From positions 33,063,795-33,107,566 of the forward strand of contig NC_068991.1 of the NCBI RefSeq assembly GCF_001194135.2: a DNA stretch of 43,772 nt, written 5' to 3'. Positions 12,067 through 23,535 of the stretch are shown here, in pieces. Made by a program: the position numbers and the translations under genes. The first letter of the stretch is position 1; the number at the start of each line of letters is the position of its first letter. The stretch is from Octopus bimaculoides. Lineage: Eukaryota. Under the pieces are notes generated by a model. It saw only the letters and a program-made list of their open reading frames with translations. It searched no databases and was not told the DNA's origin.

Positions 12067-12222
12067 ATCATCATCATCATCATCATCGTTTAACGTCCGC
12101 TTTCCATGCTAGCATGGGTTGGACGATTTGACTGAGGACTGGTGAAACCGGATGGCAACACCAGGCTCCAATCTAAATTTGGCAGAGTTTCTACAGCTGG
12201 ATGCCCTTCCTAACGCCAACCA
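12067..12222 (-). mobile_element. Short RTE 3' tail
   Basis: (CAT)n-cgtttaacgtccgctttccatgctagc...ttcctaacgccaacc. Confidence 0.8.
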
Positions 12223-12619
12223 CATAAATAATACATTCCCCCTACCATATGTCATGGATGCTTCTCTCTCTGTTTTTTCTCTCTCCCTCTTTTTCTTTCT
12301 TTTTCTCTCTCTGTGCCTTACTCTCTTATATGCAACTATATCAATATCTTTTCTAAATATTGAACAGGACCATTTTCCTGAAAGGATTAGCATGTGTATG
12401 TATATATACTTTTGAAGATGAGTGAATAAATAACACCTCATTTAGGAAACAAGTAAGGATTAACAAGAATGGTAACAAGTTGTAAAACAATGACACAATA
12501 ATGTGTTTGTCCAACCCATGTTAGCATGGTAAAATGAAGGTAGAATGAATGAAGAAAAGAAACTGAGGCTTGGATTCTGTTTCAACTATCTCCACACTTC
12601 TAAAATCAGTCATAATATT

Positions 12620-12804
12620 GCTTTAAAATTTTGGAACAAAGCCACCAATTTCAGGGGAGGAGTTAAGTTGATTGCATCGACCCCAGTGCTCAACTGGTAC
12701 TTATTTTATCAACCCTGAAAGGAATGAAGGCCAAGTCAACCTTGGCAGAATTTGAACCCAGAATGTAAGGATGGATGAACTGCCACTAAGCATTTTGCCT
12801 GGGG
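12620..12804 (-). mobile_element. CORE SINE with perfect 19-bp TSD
   Basis: B-box-like ggttcaaattctgcc and CORE ataagtaccagttgagcactggggtcgatg. TSD taaaatcagtcataatatt at 12601-12619 and 12805-12823. Confidence 0.85.
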
Positions 12805-12841
12805 TAAAATCAGTCATAATATTAAAGTGTGTTTTTCTTAC

Positions 12842-12876
12842 CTTCGGTACCTGGTCCAATTCAGCACGATTTTTTT
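12842..12876 (-). CDS. VPS54: VPS54 microexon (35 nt), (E)KNRAELDQVPK
   Basis: Matches recalled human KSRTDLEQVPK. Acceptor tttatag at 12877; donor AAG|GTAAGA at 12841; phase 1 in, phase 0 out. Confidence 0.9.
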
Positions 12877-13732
12877 CTATAAATATGAATATGAGAAGTA
12901 TCCAATAAATCTGACAGCGGTTTAGTTTTTGTAACATTTAACAGACTCTCTTAACTCTTTGACACCATCTCATTTCTCTTACACTACCATTCACCTTCTC
13001 ATATTCACTGTACCATAATCACCCATGTAATAGGAAATAGCACATGATCACTCCTTAATTAACCTCCCCTCATCCTCCAAATCACTATCTCTGTCGTTCC
13101 CATCACAATGCCTTATGAATCAAGAACTCTTACTCTCCACTGTCACACTTCTGTTAACCATTAATCTCTCATAACACCAATCAGGTAATTGCTATCACTG
13201 CCTCTCTCCTACTAACCTTTAGCAATACTGTTTCTCTTCCATTTTTTCACCCAGCACTGTTCCTTCTGTTACTCTCTTTTTACCATACATTCATACCAAT
13301 AACTCTGTTCCCCACGTAAGACTTTTGCTTTCTCACTTTCTCAGATATTTTTGTCAGTCTCTTTTATATTCACCCTATTAGGGTACAGAGGGCACTTTAG
13401 TTTTGAGAGTTACAAGACAACCTCTTTAGTGCTGGTGCAACAATAAAATGCACCATACCCAGTACATCCATAAAGTGGTTTATAAATTGAGTAGAAACAA
13501 CATAGGGTTGAGAGGAGTCTTTAGTCTTATCAAAGATATGACATCCTCACAAGCACTAATGTCATAACAAAATGCACCTAGTATAGTTTACAAAACAGTG
13601 TAGTGTTCCAACATGTTTAGGTGAGCAGTGGCTTCCAACAACAATGAACACAAACCATGACAACCTATCCAAGCCATGTAGCATGGAAAATAGACATAAA
13701 ATGATGAATTAAAAGAAGTATAGTTAACTTAC

Positions 13733-13829
13733 CTAAATGCTTAATATGTCTCAATGAATTCAAATATATGGCATCAGGAACTTGCTGTTTGGATGTCTGA
13801 TCTAAATTCAGAAGATGTGTTTTGTATTT
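13733..13829 (-). CDS. VPS54: VPS54 coding exon (97 nt), KYKTHLLNLDQTSKQQVPDAIYLNSLRHIKHL
   Basis: Acceptor tttttttcag at 13830 and donor TAG|GTAAGT at 13732. Open frame with phase 0 in and phase 1 out, exactly bridging the 16654 exon and the 12876 microexon. Confidence 0.8.
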
Positions 13830-14329
13830 CTGAAAAAAAATTTTTTTTAAACCTCAGAAGTTTGCCTAAAGAAAATTACTTGTCATATGATGGCTAATAT
13901 TGGGAATATACTTTTCCACTGCAGTTACTATCAGGTAATGATATATAAATGAATGAATACTAATGAAATAAATAATATTCTCAAAATGAAAATATTTAAA
14001 TTAAAACAAATTATTCATATATTTGCAATATGTTTCATATATCAATAATACTGTTTGACATTATTTGATACTAGCAGAAACACCACTCTCTGGTATTGAG
14101 CACTAACTTATTCAATAAATAAATTTAGAATAATAGCAAGCACTCAAAGACAGTGTTAGAATTTATGAAGAAACTAGGTATTATGTTGATTTAACAACAT
14201 AAAAGTCCTCAGTTTATCATACATATACATATCAGAAGATGTAACTTTGCTGGAAGAGTCACAGCACAAGTGATTAGAAAGAAAATAAACAGGATGCAAT
14301 CGAGTTTGTGCAAGGAAAAAATATAAATA

Positions 14330-16270
14330 GGCCATAACAGAGGAATCCAAAACTGGGTGCCATTGAGAACTGCTATATGCTGATGACCTTGCACTTATTG
14401 CAGAATCTTTAGCAGAATTGGAGACCTGGAACCAAAGTGCCTTAATGTTAACCTAGCTAAGACCAAAGTGGTTGTTAGTAAGAAAGAATATAAAACTCTC
14501 TTTCCATCAGGTAAATGGCCCTGCTCAATTTGTAGGAAAGGAGTTGGAAGAAATTCCATTTGCTGCACCCAGTGTAAACTATGGATACATAAGAGGTGTA
14601 CTGGAATCACAGGTAGATTAACAGATAAAGTTGTCTTTGTATGTGGCACATGTACAGGAACAATAAGCACCAAGAGCACACAGGACTTAGATTCTCTCAA
14701 ATGCCCAGGAGGCTCTCTTGAGGTTGTAGATAGTTTCTTTTACCTAGGTGACCAAATTAGCAATGGTGGAGGATGCTCTGAAAGTATTGTTTCTAGAATA
14801 AGAATTGGTTGGAGGAAGTTCAAAGAGCTATTACCTCTGTTGGCAACAAAAGAACTCTCAGAGTGAAAGGTAGACTATATAGTCCAGCTTGTGTGTGAAC
14901 AGCTATACTCCATGGTAGTGAGACATGAGCTCTGAATGCAGAAGACATGCGTAGACAGAATAGGAATGAAAGTAGTGTGCTCTGTTGGATGCGCAACATC
15001 AGTGCACATGTACAGCAAAGTGCAAATGTACTGAGAGAAAAGTTGGGCATAAGAGGAATCAAATGTAGATTGCAAGAGAGAAGACTACATTGGTTTGGGC
15101 ATGTGATGCATATGAATGAGAACAACTGCATAAAGAAGTGCCTATCGCTGAAAGTGGATGGTACCCACAGAAGAGGGTGACCCAGGAAGATGTAGGATGA
15201 AGTGGTAAGGACTGATATCAGGATGTTGGGCCTCACAGAGGAAATGAAAATGGAACAAGATGTCTGGTGATATGAAGTTCTTGAGAAAACCCACCCACAT
15301 CAGCGAAACTGAGTTCTAGAAGTGCTGTTTGTCCCACCCACACTTAAAAAGAAAACTTCTCACAAACCCTACACCAACAAATCAATCTCCATTTCCACAT
15401 CTTTTCTCTTCTTCACATTTTTTCCTTCATACACTATGCCTAGCTCTCACTTCCCAATCCTGTCCTCATGGCCCTGTTCCTCTGTAACATTGCTATCCAG
15501 TAACCCCCCACTAACTCTATATATACCCAGGTTTTTGCCACTGATTCTCCCCACTTCCACACTCTTTAATCATACTTCCTTCAGCAGTTGTATTATGCCA
15601 TTCGAACGTTAAGGGTATGCCCTGGCACTTGCCACCATCTATATCTCTCTCTTCCTTTACTCAACCATCCCATTTATATTCTGATCCCTGTCCCTTGTGA
15701 GTATGCTCGGCCTTTTGCCACCATCTCTATCCTGCTGTCTCCCACTCTCTCTCCTTCTGCACTTCCCTCAGGTTGGGTAATCATATATTTCCTTTGTGGT
15801 AGCGCACCTGTTTGTCTTCATTCCTGATCTCTCTCTCTCTCTCACCAGCCAGGTAACCTTGCAAAATACCTGTTTCTGTCTCTCTGTCTCACTATAACCT
15901 TTCATCATCTGACACAAGACCACCTCCCCAATGCCCCCTCCCCTCTTGAAAGTTTTTTTTTTTTGTCTTGCAAGTACTTGGTGACACGGTCAGTACAAGT
16001 TCCACTTCAAAGCATCCAGTCCACACTGTAAAGAGGTCGGTGTTCGGAAGGGCATCCAGCTGTAAAAACCTTGCCACAACTGACCTCGCCTGTGCTTGTG
16101 CCACGTAAAATGCACTAAGTCCACTCTGCTGAGTGGTTGATGTTAGGAAGGGCATACAACTGTAAAAATCCTGCCAAAACAGTCACAGAAATCTGGTGCA
16201 GGCTTCTGCCCGGCTGGCTCTTCTAGAACTGTCCCACCCATGCTAGCATGGCAGGCAGATGATGATGATG
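14330..16270 (+). mobile_element. 5'-truncated RTE LINE from the YADD motif through a long CT-rich 3' UTR to the GAT tail
   Basis: LLYADDLALIAES, PHD-like insert, FFYLG, ERRLHWFGHV; tail catggcaggcagatgatgatgatg. Confidence 0.9.
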
Positions 16271-16289
16271 CACACTCCCAAGGAAGATT

Positions 16290-16440
16290 ACAGCAAAATA
16301 CACTTAGCAAGGAGTAAGAAGCTGTACCAAGTATTAGTTGACCTAGAGAAGGCCTTTGACAAGGTCCCATGCTCTGTAACCTGATGATCTCTAATGAAGA
16401 AAGAGGTGTATGAATGATCTGTGAAGGGTTATGCAAGCTA
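16290..16440 (+). mobile_element. RTE RT N-terminal fragment
   Basis: Encodes ...KLYQVLVDLEKAFDKVP. Confidence 0.6.
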
Positions 16441-16653
16441 CATACCAATGTGCAGTTAGTACAGTTTGAATTAACCAAGAGTATACCAATGAAAATTCAA
16501 TCAATATGAATACAACAGACCTATATAAAAAGTGAATTTAGACTATCTAATGTATGGTGATAGAAGTCAATAAAAGAGTGACCTGAAAGAGAAGTAATGA
16601 TGGTTAGCAAACCAAAGAAACAATGCCTAAGCATTGGAAGTAAGACAAGTTAC

Positions 16654-16955
16654 CTCAGATGACTTATTTAGATACTTTTCAAAATGAGATCGATTCACTT
16701 CAGGTAAATAAGGAGAAGGAGAAATATCCCTTTTCTCAAATGATTCCCCCCAAGTTTTAGTGAAAAAGTCTGTTTCTCTTTTAGCTAATCGTGGATCATT
16801 CAAAACAGCTGGTAGATTAACAGTAGCATTGTAAATTGTCCATTTAAACTGGTCTTGAACTACAGAAGGTTCTTTATTACTGGTCAAGTGTGGTGATGAG
16901 CATTCACTGATACCAGTTTTGAAATTTTGCAGAAATCCACTGTTACGTCCATAGC
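16654..16955 (-). CDS. VPS54: VPS54 coding exon (302 nt)
   Basis: Translation includes WTIYNATVNLPAVLNDPRLAKRETDFFTKTWG...ISPSPYLPEVNRSHF, matching the conserved VPS54 motif (human, recalled: VNLPAALNDPRLAKRESDFFTKTWG). Acceptor tttgtttcag at 16956 (phase 1); donor GAG|GTAACT at 16653 (phase 0). Confidence 0.95.
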
Positions 16956-17149
16956 CTGAAACAAAAAAATACAATATGTGAGAGAAAGTAGAAAATGAAA
17001 TATGTATAAGTAGTGTCAAAGGTTGTTAGTTTGAAGAAAAGTGAATGTATAGGTAACAAGTTGAGAAGTGCAGTATTTTGTAACATATTAAAGAGCAAAT
17101 ATGGAAAGGTATCTTTGTTAAAGATCTCAGGAATGCACTAAGAAAATCC

Positions 17150-18130
17150 AGCAAATGAAAATCACCCAGAAAAGATAAAATCCTTAACTTCTGGTTGAAT
17201 GCTTTCCTGGAATCTCATGGGAGACTGACCCACCTCTACAATGGCATTATGACCCCAAGAAAATCCCTCCTGGTTGGTAAATGGAGTAACTAACTAACTT
17301 CTCCAAAATGACAAAACTAATAACCTCCAAAACAACCAAACAACTATATGTCATATATCCTTGTATAAAATACTAACATCCATCATTATTGAAAGTACAT
17401 ATACCTTCCTGATGGATAACAAGATATTCTCTAGCAAACAAAAATGCTCTAAGTGTGGCTCATATGGTTGTAAAGGCCAACTTTTAATCAACAGAATGAT
17501 TCTTGAGGACTGCCACAAATGACACAAAAATCTTTCTATAGCAAGGATTGACTACTAAAAAGCATCTGACAGCCTTCTTCATAGCTGGATCGGAAATATA
17601 TAAAATCATGCTTGGAAATATATAAAATCTCCTCAGCTATTGGTAATTTTCTATAGAGCAATGTATGAAGCAAAAAAAAAAAACAACTTGTCTCTTATAC
17701 TGAATTCAGAGACAGGTACTACGAACACTGGTGATATCAACATTAACTGCAGAATTTTTCAAGGTGATTCTCTACCAACACTACTCTTTTTCATGGATCT
17801 CATTTCTGAATGACACAAAACATCATCAAGGAATTAGATCTTAAAAAAAAAATTACAAATATTTAGGCGTATGTGAAGTGGATGGCATCCAGTACTCACA
17901 AATGTGCGAAAAAAATACAGAAAGAATGTCATCATAGAGTTAGAGCTATTTCTAAAAAGCAAACTTCATGTGAGTAACAGACTTGACACTACCTATATCT
18001 TACCTATACCTGCCATAACCTACTGCTTTAACATCATAAAATGGTGCATCATGGAACTCAGAATGTAAAGACAGGGGAAATGCTGCTAAGCATGTTGTCC
18101 GGTATGCTAACAATTCTGCCAGTTCATCAT
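17150..18130 (+). mobile_element. R4/Dong-like non-LTR retrotransposon RT fragment, heavily decayed
   Basis: Across frameshifts: NFWLNAF, YKILTSII, YGCKGQLLINRMILED, IDY*KA.DS..HSWI, RIFQGDSL and YKYLGV. Confidence 0.7.
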
Positions 18131-18143
18131 TTTAACTTAATAA

Positions 18144-19488
18144 TTATTATTATTGTTTTACTTCTCAGAATGTTCAGTCTTGATTGCTCTGGTAGATTCT
18201 GTGAGAGTGGACAGAGGTCTCACAGGGTCTCTTTCCACACATTATAAGCTTTGATACTTGGTTGTTAATTATCATGGGAGACATTCAACATCCAAGTACC
18301 AAGCTCAAAATCCTAGCTGTCCTTAGCAGAGCAGTTTTTTGGGCTTGCTCTGCTCTCATGTCAAATCCAATTTCTTTGACACAATTCTCGGACTTGGTTG
18401 TTTAGTTTTCCGAGTGCCCCTACAACTACTGGAATAACAGATATTCTCCTCATAGTCTACATTCTTGCAATTTTTTCTTTTAGTAGTCTGTACTTTTCCA
18501 TCTTTTCTACTTCTTTGTCACTTATGTGTACATCTCCAGATATTGCAATAGCTATGATCTTGGTTTCCTTTTTTCCTTTATCTACTACAATACCTGGTCT
18601 CCGAGCCTCGATTACGGAGTCACATTAGATTGTAAAATCCCACAGTATTTTATTTTCCTAGTTCTCAGTGACTCTTTCTGGTTCATGTTCATACCATTTC
18701 CATGCCATGTTCAGGCCATACTTTTCACATAACCTCTAGTGGACAAATTTAGCCATGTTATCATGCCTCCTTTTGTAGTGCTTTTGGGCCAGCTTGCTAC
18801 ACTCACTCACAATATGTGAAATTGTTTCGTTTCTGCTTCCACACATCCTACAAAGGGGCAATTTGCTACTCTTATCTATTTGGAACTTGGTGTAATTAGT
18901 TCTCAGAGCTTGTTCCTGGGCGCTACATATCAATGCCACAGTGCATCCTTTCAGATCACTTTTTCTGAGCCATCTCCAATTGTTGATTTTGTCTTTTCCT
19001 TCAATTTCTCTGAGATATTGCCCATGCAGCGGTTTCATTTTTCCAGCTGTTTACTCTTCATCTTGTTTCTTAAATATTTGTGGGTGCATCACATTTTCGG
19101 TAGGTATTATATTGTTAATTCTAACAGCAGCAGGCAAGGATTCACTCTGCTGTTTGATGTACCATTCCAGACTGTTCTTCTTGTTAACAACATAGATCTT
19201 ACATCCTATGAGACCTTTTCCGCTTGTTTCTAGGCACATGCAGTCTGTCAGTATCGCTTTTGGGATGTAGTTCCTTGTTAATTGTCTAGTTGTTCTGTCC
19301 ATTTCCGCAAGCTTGTTCTTTGTCCACCTAACAACACCTGCACCATATCACATTAAGGAAACAACCCATGTGTTCATTACCCTGATTTTGTTTTTCCATT
19401 GAGTCTACTTCCCATAATTAACTTGGTCTTTCTGAGATATTCTTGCCTAAAGCTTTCCTTCATTTCACTTTCCTTGATTTTGTCATAA
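18144..19488 (-). mobile_element. R4/Dong-clade retrotransposon 3' part (CCHC knuckle + restriction-like endonuclease), flanked by (TAA)n
   Basis: LHGQY, LICSAQEQALRTN, CRMCGSRNETISHIVSEC, RRHDN, ILWDFTIQCD..IEARRP and VIPVVVGALG. (TAA)n lies at both ends. Confidence 0.85.

Positions 19489-19524
<36 letters not shown>
19489..19524. repeat. (TAA)n microsatellite at the 5' junction of the R4/Dong element
   Basis: Direct reading of the sequence. Confidence 0.95.
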
Positions 19525-20035
19525 TCTTGTATTCACGACAATACACAGTCAGACACAAAGTATGGGTGTTTACAGAGAATGAAATGATTAGATAAAAAAA
19601 ATAGTAGAAAGTATACTTGGTATACAATGAAAACAAAGGAAGTAAACAGAGTATACAACAGACAAAAAAAGGTAGTTGTGATGTGATCCTCCAAATACAG
19701 AAGGACATCTAGAGTCAATCAAGGAACCCTACCTTTCAAGATTTCCCTGAACACCAAAGCAAGTACCTTCTCCATTTCCTGTTCTTTGACTCACAGGTCT
19801 ATACTTAGAGTGGTGCCATCCACTCTTGCTATTTTTGTGACTTTGATATACTTTTCAATAAATTCACTTGTGGACAACAACTCCCTCTCTACTCTCACTT
19901 ACCTTTTCAAGTGAAACTTGGAAAAGTCAATGTGGATTCTATCAAAGAGGAATGTCTTTGTACTCGTACCTTTCAACCTCTTTTACCAGACACCATCATC
20001 ACCATAGCCACCAGATAGAGGAAAACTGCCTTACA

Positions 20036-20855
20036 TCGTCATCATTTAACATCCATCTTCCATGACGGCATGGGTTCAATGGTTTGACAAGAGCCAGCCA
20101 GCCAGAGAGCTGAACGAGGCTCTAATTATCTGTTTTGGCACAGTTTTTTCAGCTGGATGCCCTTCCTAACACCAACCACCTTACAGAGTGGACTAGATGT
20201 TTTTTATGTGTGCTTTAAACATGGCACTGACATGAGTGCTTTATACATGGCATGGATGCTTCCCACATGGCACTGGCACAAATGCTATTTACATTTTACA
20301 TGGCACAAGCATCGGTACTTTTTTACATGGTACCAGCACTAGTGCTTTTTACATAAGACCAGCACCTGTAAGCTCACAAGACAAGGACCTCTTGGCTGAC
20401 AGAGAGAGTGGAAAGAATAGCCATAGAATACATGCTTGTATGTATGGATAGCCATGATTTTACTTAGCTTGACATGTCTTCTCAAGCACAGCAAATCACC
20501 AGAAGTCTTGGTCCTTTGTCATCTCAGTAAGGCTCAACATCTGAAGAACCTTTCTCACCACTTCGTCCCACATCTTCCAGGGTCTGCCTCTTCCATAAGT
20601 TCCCTCCACAATTAAAGAAAGACACATCTTTATGCAGCTGTCCTCATCCATACCCATCACATGTCCATACCAGTGCAGTCTTCTCTCTTGCGTACTACAA
20701 CTGATGCCTCTTATACCCAATTTTTCTCTTAAATAATATATACTCTATCATACATTCACACTGACACTACCCATACAGTGAAGCATACTGGCTTCATTTC
20801 TTTCAAGCCTTCACATATCCTCTGTAGCCATAGCCCACGTTTTACTGCCATGTAA
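20036..20855 (-). mobile_element. RTE LINE 3' fragment
   Basis: ERRLHWYGHVMGM and GRGRPWKMW motifs, followed by the conserved tail. Confidence 0.85.
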
Positions 20856-21047
20856 TAGGTATCACTATGAAATTTTGAAAATATTTAAATGTAATTTCTG
20901 CTGCACTTTTTCTCATGCAGTCTCCAAAAGAAAACATTTTGATACCTCATTTGTGAAATTTGGATGAATATTTTAGGAAATATAACTATTTGAATGGACA
21001 GTGAAATGGCCAAAATTTTTTTTCTAATTTGCATAAATGAATAATCA

Positions 21048-22954
21048 CTGTAAATCCTCGAGTATAGTCTGCCCTTGAGTATAATACGCAGGGGATTTTT
21101 AGGGGGCTGTACCTCTGAAAAACCTAAACCTTGCGTATAATACGCACCTCTTCTCTAACTTGAATCAAGGAGGTCTATATAACATTCTTGGTTTGTAAAC
21201 ATATATACAGTAATGTCCTTTATTATTATTGCATATATAACATAATGCAAACGTGTAGCTTTTTTGTGCACTTTGTTTGCAGAAAATAAAGAAATAACAG
21301 TAATAACGTCAGNNNNNNNNNNTTTTGTGCACTTTGTTTGCAGAAAATAAAGAAATAACAGTAATAACGTCAGGTTGGGAGCGCGAACCCTTCCACCTTT
21401 AGTGAACGACTTTTCTCCAGTCGACATCTATTCAGTCCATAAATCACGCAATTTGTTTTTAATCAGTTTGTTAATAGAGACATCTAATGGCTGCAATATG
21501 GAGGTCATACCCACTGGAATGATAGCAACATCTGTTTTGTGACATTTTTTTAAATGCTTGAGTTTATCTTCACTTCTGTGGCATCTAAAAGCATCTAGTA
21601 CAAGCAAGCTGTTGTGCTGTTTAATTGCTCCACCAGGACAATTTCCCCATACAGTGTCAATCCAATCTCTAAATNNNNNNNNNNNNNNNNNNNNNNNNNN
21701 NNNNNNNNNNNNNNNNNNNNNNNNNNNNNNNNNNNNNNNNNNNNNNNNNNNNNNNNNNNNNNNNNNNNNNNNNNNNNNNNNNNNNNNNNNNNNNNNNNNN
21801 NNNNNNNNNNNNNNNNNNNNNNNNNNNNNNNNNNNNNNNNNNNNNNNNNNNNNNNNNNNNNNNNNNNNNNNNNNNNNNNNNNNNNNNNNNNNNNNNNNNN
21901 NNNNNNNNNNNNNNNNNNNNNNNNNNNNNNNNNNNNNNNNNNNNNNNNNNNNNNNNNNNNNNNNNNNNNNNNNNNNNNNNNNNNNNNNNNNNNNNNNNNN
22001 NNNNNNNNNNNNNNNNNNNNNNNNNNNNNNNNNNNNNNNNNNNNNNNNNNNNNNNNNNNNNNNNNNNNNNNNNNNNNNNNNNNNNNNNNNNNNNNNNNNN
22101 NNNNNNNNNNNNNNNNNNNNNNNNNNNNNNNNNNNNNNNNNNNNNNNNNNNNNNNNNNNNNNNNNNNNNNNNNNNNNNNNNNNNNNNNNNNNNNNNNNNN
22201 NNNNNNNNNNNNNNNNNNNNNNNNNNNNNNNCATCTTTATATCTTCTCCATAACCTGACATTGCTTTCATCAACATCAAATTTTCTTTCAGCGGCCCTAT
22301 TACCATACTCTTCAGCATATGATATAACTTCAAGCTTAAACATAGCTGAATAAGATCTATGAGGCATTTTATGGGCATGTAATGTATAAAATGTTTTATT
22401 GAAGATTAATGTACAGGTTTAAATCCCGCTTATAAAAAACCCTAGTAAAGACCCACAGTAGTTCAAACATTTAATACCGGTATTTAATTACATATTTATT
22501 GTTTGCCATGGTAACTATGCAAACTGCCAATACAAACAGCAGGATGAACTATTTAGCGCAATTTGTGCGTAATTAAGCCAGCAGCACCTAGTCGAACAAA
22601 CACTTCCGCGCATGCGTAATACAATAATGGTAATGTTCTTAACTGTTATATGGGAATGTAAATATATTTGAAAATTGTTTTTTATTACATGTTCTGAATA
22701 CTTTTATATTAATAAATGTTGCTTACTGCAAGTTATGGATGATTCTTTTATGACTTCATTGAAGGCTTAGCTTAAGGTATTTTCATGCCCGACATCACAA
22801 AATGCGTCTGAATAAACGTTGCCGGACAGCAAATAGAGACTCGGACATTACTTAGAAAATATTTTTCATTTTTAACCTTGTATATAGTACGCACTAGGGA
22901 TTTTGACCTTTAAATTTGGGGAAAAAAATGCGGATTATACTCGAGGATTTATGG
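21048..22954 (-). mobile_element. pogo-family DNA transposon (POGK-like: BrkDBD + DDE_1), middle in an assembly gap
   Basis: TIRs ctgtaaatcctcgagtatagtc and gattatactcgaggatttatgg|TA. N-terminal RSYSAMFKLEVISYAEEYGNRAAERKFDVDESNVRLWR; DDE region LLVLDAFRCH...IIPVGMTSILQPLDVSINK. Confidence 0.9.
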
Positions 22955-23487
22955 TAGCTATATTTGTAATGTCATATCTTTGAAACTGAGGTGATAATCA
23001 GCTTCAAATTACACAAATTAATAGTGACCATGATATAGTAGTTGCCTAATTTTTTTCAGGTTCTTGGAAACAAAACTTTTTTCTTTTTTGGCAATATTTT
23101 AAATATTTATTATTTATAATTTTTTTCTTCCAAAATTGCTTATGAGACAAGAACACTACATACATTGGAGAGACATCTAAGAATATTGCAGAGAGAATAC
23201 ATGTACACTTGAGACAAAATGGTGACAAAAAACAGTCCTCCATACTCTACCACACACACACACAAAAAGAGATGGAAACACATGACCATACACACTCCAC
23301 ACAGATGCATGCAAACAAAGACACATATGGAGACACACATGCACACATAACAGACACACGTACATAGTCACACAAACCCATATACATAGATACACTTAAA
23401 CACAAGGAGACAGAGGTACACACACATTCATACAAATATACAAACATATGAATATGCTGAATACATACACACATCCATCCATACATA

Positions 23488-23535
<48 letters not shown>

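Noticed and set aside
19895-20030. Perfect AAG|GTAAGT donor at ~19900 suggesting an extra VPS54 exon
   Set aside because: The only open frame gives phase 2, which is incompatible with the phase-1 flanks. No convincing acceptor and no VPS54 similarity.
21261-21372. Near-perfect ~50-bp direct repeat on either side of a 10-N gap
   Set aside because: Typical unmerged contig overlap; most likely an assembly artefact.
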